Source: Stylophora pistillata (Eukaryota). Taken from it: DNA of 64,000 nt. Positions 60,866-64,000 of the stretch are shown piece by piece. Made by a program: the position numbers and the translations under genes. The notes under the pieces were generated by a model that worked only from the letters and a program-made list of their open reading frames with translations, ran no database searches and had not been told where the DNA came from. Within the stretch, counting starts at the first letter, position 1; each line of letters starts with the position of its first letter. The stretch lies in assembly GCF_002571385.2 (NCBI RefSeq), contig NW_019217909.1:68183-132182 (forward strand), given 5' to 3'.

Positions 60866-63364
60866 TTTAATAAAACAATTTTTCCAGTCGCTCTTGTTGG
60901 ATATGAGATGATTTTTCTTGTGATTGAGAATTATTTGCGAGGAAGGACTTGTTGTGGGTGTTGATTTTTCTTTCCAAATTTGGCATACACGAATAGCTCA
61001 CTTTCAAAGTGTTCCTATTAAAAATTTTTCTTAGCGGGTGCCTTGGTGTAAAGGATTCTTTTACGATGCCTAAAAATTTCTTTCCCACATTAATAGCAGT
61101 GTTCTTACTGAAAGGTGGGTTATACCAAGTTATATTTCGGTGTCTTCTTCTCCCTTCTCTACTCGTCTGGTCTTTAGTTGTTGTGTCAAATTTTAATTGG
61201 TGATTGTAGCCGCTTGTTTCTAACGCTTGCTGATACATGGGTGCTGCTTTGTCGAAGGATACCCTGTCCGATGAGATTTCGCTAAGCCTTTTATTGATCG
61301 CCAGGGGAATGTTCTTTAGGATGGAAGGTGGATGATTGCTTTCACGGTGCACATAAAGCGGTGCGTTGTTAGGCTTTGTATACGGCTCATAAGATCCTTT
61401 GTTTAGGTTCAAAGTGACATCGAGAAAGTTGACCACTTTTTTGTTTGCTTCGATAATTATTTTTAAGCCGTTATTGCTGAAAACTTTGCAAATATCTTTC
61501 TTGATTCTTTCGATCTCTTTTGGTGTTTGCTGGAATGCACCCAGGCCGTCATCTCTGTATAAGCCTCATGCAATTGTAGAGACAAGCATTCTTGTCCGCT
61601 AGGTGGCGATTGCCTAATTCAAAACGTGGTCTACCAGGCCACAGTTGAAAGTCTCATGGGAAAGCAAAGATACATCGGGCTTACCGCGAACCAATTTAAA
61701 ACAAGATTTAGAAACCATACGGATTCATTTAGAAATGAGAACAAAAGGAATGCAACAGAGTTGAGCAAATAAATCTGGACCCTAAAGGACGCCGAAACGG
61801 AATTTGCCGTGACCTGGAAAATAATGGCCCGCGCCAGGCCGTACTCGAACGTAACAAAGGGATGCAATCTTTGCGTAACAGAAAAATTTTTCATCATATG
61901 CAGACCAGGGGTGGGCACCCTGAACAGAAGGAATGAACTGGCGAGTGCGTGCCGGCACTCAACCAAATACTTGATAAAGCATGCTTGAACCATCAACTTA
62001 TAAAAGGAACGTTATAAGTTGATGGTTCAGACCCTTTCGAAACAGTTCTGTAGTGCGAAGTTTTAATTTTATTTTCCTACACAATTGATTATATATATAC
62101 AATAGATATGTATGTTAAGTTAGAAAAGTACAATGACTGCGTTTTCATCCCTACAAGCCTGTTTCGGGATTGCTCACTCATCAGGGGATTTTATAAAAAT
62201 TTTAAAAATTTTTTATAACCTAACATATATTGCGCTCTACTTTTATGTATCGAGCATTGTAATACGGAAAAATCCAAACGCATACCCTAATATATATATA
62301 TATTTATATAGGAAAAATATTTTAGTACACGAGGACGGACAACTTCGAGCTAAGAAAGACATATACTCAAATAAAAAGTCTAAGAAAGTTTAATAAAAAC
62401 GTTTCGGTCCGAGACCTTTGTTTTTTTTTTGGAGGACGCAGATAATGGGTTGACTTACCTTAATCAATCAGCTACAGAACGTTAAAACTTTGTTGTTAGG
62501 AATATTTAATAAAGATTGTTTCTGTATCACACACACATAAACATTATTCGTCAAAGGGTCCTCTTAAGAATTGACAGAGAATGGGTTAACTTACTTTTAA
62601 CAATGACGAGCTGCTCTTGTTCTACTGGTTCACCAACCTTGTCGTCTTCAGTTTCCTGTTTAGATTCTTCTTGGTCTTTTTCGGATACTTTTTCTTCTTT
62701 GACCTCAACCTGCTGCTCTTCAGATTTCCCATGATCCTTTTTTGGTTGTCCCTTCTGTTCAGTTTTAAGTATCTGCTGTTTGAATTCTTTAGGGTCTACC
62801 TCTGGTTTTCGCTGGTCAGTTTCAACGTGCAGCTGTTCACTTTCATCAGCCTCTTCGTGGTATTCTCTTGGTTTTTGATATCCTTCAGTTTCGTCTTCCT
62901 CATGTTCAGAGGGTTCTTCGTGATCATCAGTTGGTTCTGTGTGTCGTTCAGGCTCACTCTGCTCCTCTACTGACTCTTCGTCACTGTAACCACTTTCTAC
63001 GTCATCCTGGTTTTGGACTGTGGGAAAAAAAAGCCGAAAGAACGAAAGATGGTGTTATAAGACAAGTGCACATACTGATTCGTTTGGTTTTACTTGCATA
63101 ATATCTGCTGTATCCAGGGGACTGATTTCATCACTGAATTATAATGAATTTGCTTATGGTTGTTTATCATAAGCCAGAAAGAGAGAGCAACAATGTATAT
63201 TGTCGACTTATGACACAGAATTTGTAAAGGAATTCAGTATGGCGTTTTGATCTTACTGCAATCTGACTCCATCTTATTCTAGCTCTGTATATTTCCGTGT
63301 CATTATTTGATGAAATGTTTGCTTACCTTCTTCAGTCACATTCATTTCCACGCCTGGTCTTGAC
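59129..63364 (-). CDS. 3' exons of an unidentified gene with a long acidic low-complexity C-terminus (5' part beyond the window)
   Basis: Phase-consistent GT-AG exons 63364-63327, 63017-62595 (141 codons, E/D/Q/K-rich) and 59259-59129, ending ...[19 protein letters not shown]. Confidence 0.75.
59510..60679. mobile_element. ~1.17-kb foldback built from Penelope-like terminal repeats
   Basis: Arms ~59510-59950 and ~60235-60679 are inverted. Hammerhead core CTGAAGA-AGGTCTCTGACC-GAAAC at 59577-59604 (-), degenerate in the right arm. Confidence 0.7.
60908..62000. mobile_element. Penelope-like element with a 5' inversion: RT on minus (61565-60908), GIY-YIG on plus (61566-61988)
   Basis: Minus strand: GLYRDDGL...VNFLDVTL...NNSQSQEKS. 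Plus strand: [27 protein letters not shown]...YIGLT. Confidence 0.88.
62148..62188 (-). ncRNA. Type I hammerhead ribozyme motif
   Basis: TCCC-CTGATGA-GTGA GCAA TCCC-GAAAC-AGGCTT-GTA-GGGA, with one mismatch in stem II. Confidence 0.6.
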
Positions 63365-63425
63365 CTAAGGAAAGGCAGAAATGACATTCGGTAACTCAAA
63401 CAGGTGAACAGAATGATTAACCTCA

Positions 63426-63829
63426 GGCCAAGTTCAGACGTCGTGCTCCTGCCGTGTCGTACTCAATTCTGAAATTAAGTTCGACAAAAGCATGGTAGAA
63501 ACACGGCGTCTGAATTAAACTTTTTAATTACGTTTGGCAAGCAATTAAGTCGACAGGCTCTGTCGTGCTACATGACTCTGGCACGACACTGGTGGATTCA
63601 AAAGTGGTGTCTCCGCCGAGCCGAACAAATTTCATAGAATGTATTTTTGTGGGATTGCGTTCTCGCGGGAAGTTATGAGAATGAATTGTTACTTTACTTC
63701 AGCAGAGCCTTAATTTCGTGCGACCCTAACCCGATGTCTGAGTCAGCGCCGTGTTTCTGCCGTGCTATAGTCGAACCTAATTGCCATTAAGTTCTGGGCA
63801 CGGCAGAAGCACAACGTGTGAACTAGGCC
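63426..63829. mobile_element. PIF/Harbinger-type MITE
   Basis: Imperfect terminal inverted repeats GGCCAAGTTCAGACG...CGTGTGAACTAGGCC with TCA/TTA flanks. Confidence 0.6.
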
Positions 63830-63882
63830 TTACGTTCGTTGAGACGATTGGGGAAAACTAGATAAAAATCGTACAAAGCAGT

Positions 63883-63913
<31 letters not shown>

Positions 63914-64000
63914 GTTTATCAATTTATAGTGCGCTTTTTACATACAATGATCAAAAGCGCATTACACTTTTGATTAAATTAACTGAAACAAAATAATATG

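Noticed and set aside
62617-62973. Phe/Leu-rich plus-strand ORFs here and poly-I/L ORFs at 52701-52928 and 54070-54474
   Set aside because: Antisense shadow of the acidic exon, or translations of (AAT)n microsatellites and the N-gap.

Overview
AT-rich, intron-containing, transposon-dense animal DNA. A stony-coral/anthozoan origin is inferred from the gene and repeat families. The draft assembly has single-N joins at 12181, 25926, 35404, 38396 and 49951 and an N-gap at 54120-54367. Host genes: (1) a small intronless GIY-YIG nuclease resembling the plant EFFECTOR OF TRANSCRIPTION domain (22636-23142, intact), with two decayed paralogues (5091-5255, ~18855-19209); (2) a 959-aa HEPN-NB-ARC-TPR NLR-like receptor ending in a CaaX box (28949-31828), plus an apparently identical 5'-truncated TPR-only copy (42053-43419); (3) a 13-exon plexin-domain-containing (PLXDC) gene (44458-56245) with a small antisense ORF in one intron; (4) the 3' exons of an acidic-tailed gene; (5) GPCR and membrane-protein pseudogenes. 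Mobile DNA includes Kolobok, hAT, ISL2EU/Harbinger, P-like foldback, L1/Tx1, CR1/L2, Dong/R4 and Penelope elements with hammerhead ribozymes. Best candidate for an undescribed system: the GIY-YIG gene, which has ISRE-like upstream motifs, and the HEPN-STAND-TPR gene were convergent neighbours about 1.5 kb apart before transposon insertions. This is a nuclease plus NLR pair reminiscent of a defence locus; the function is inferred, not shown.
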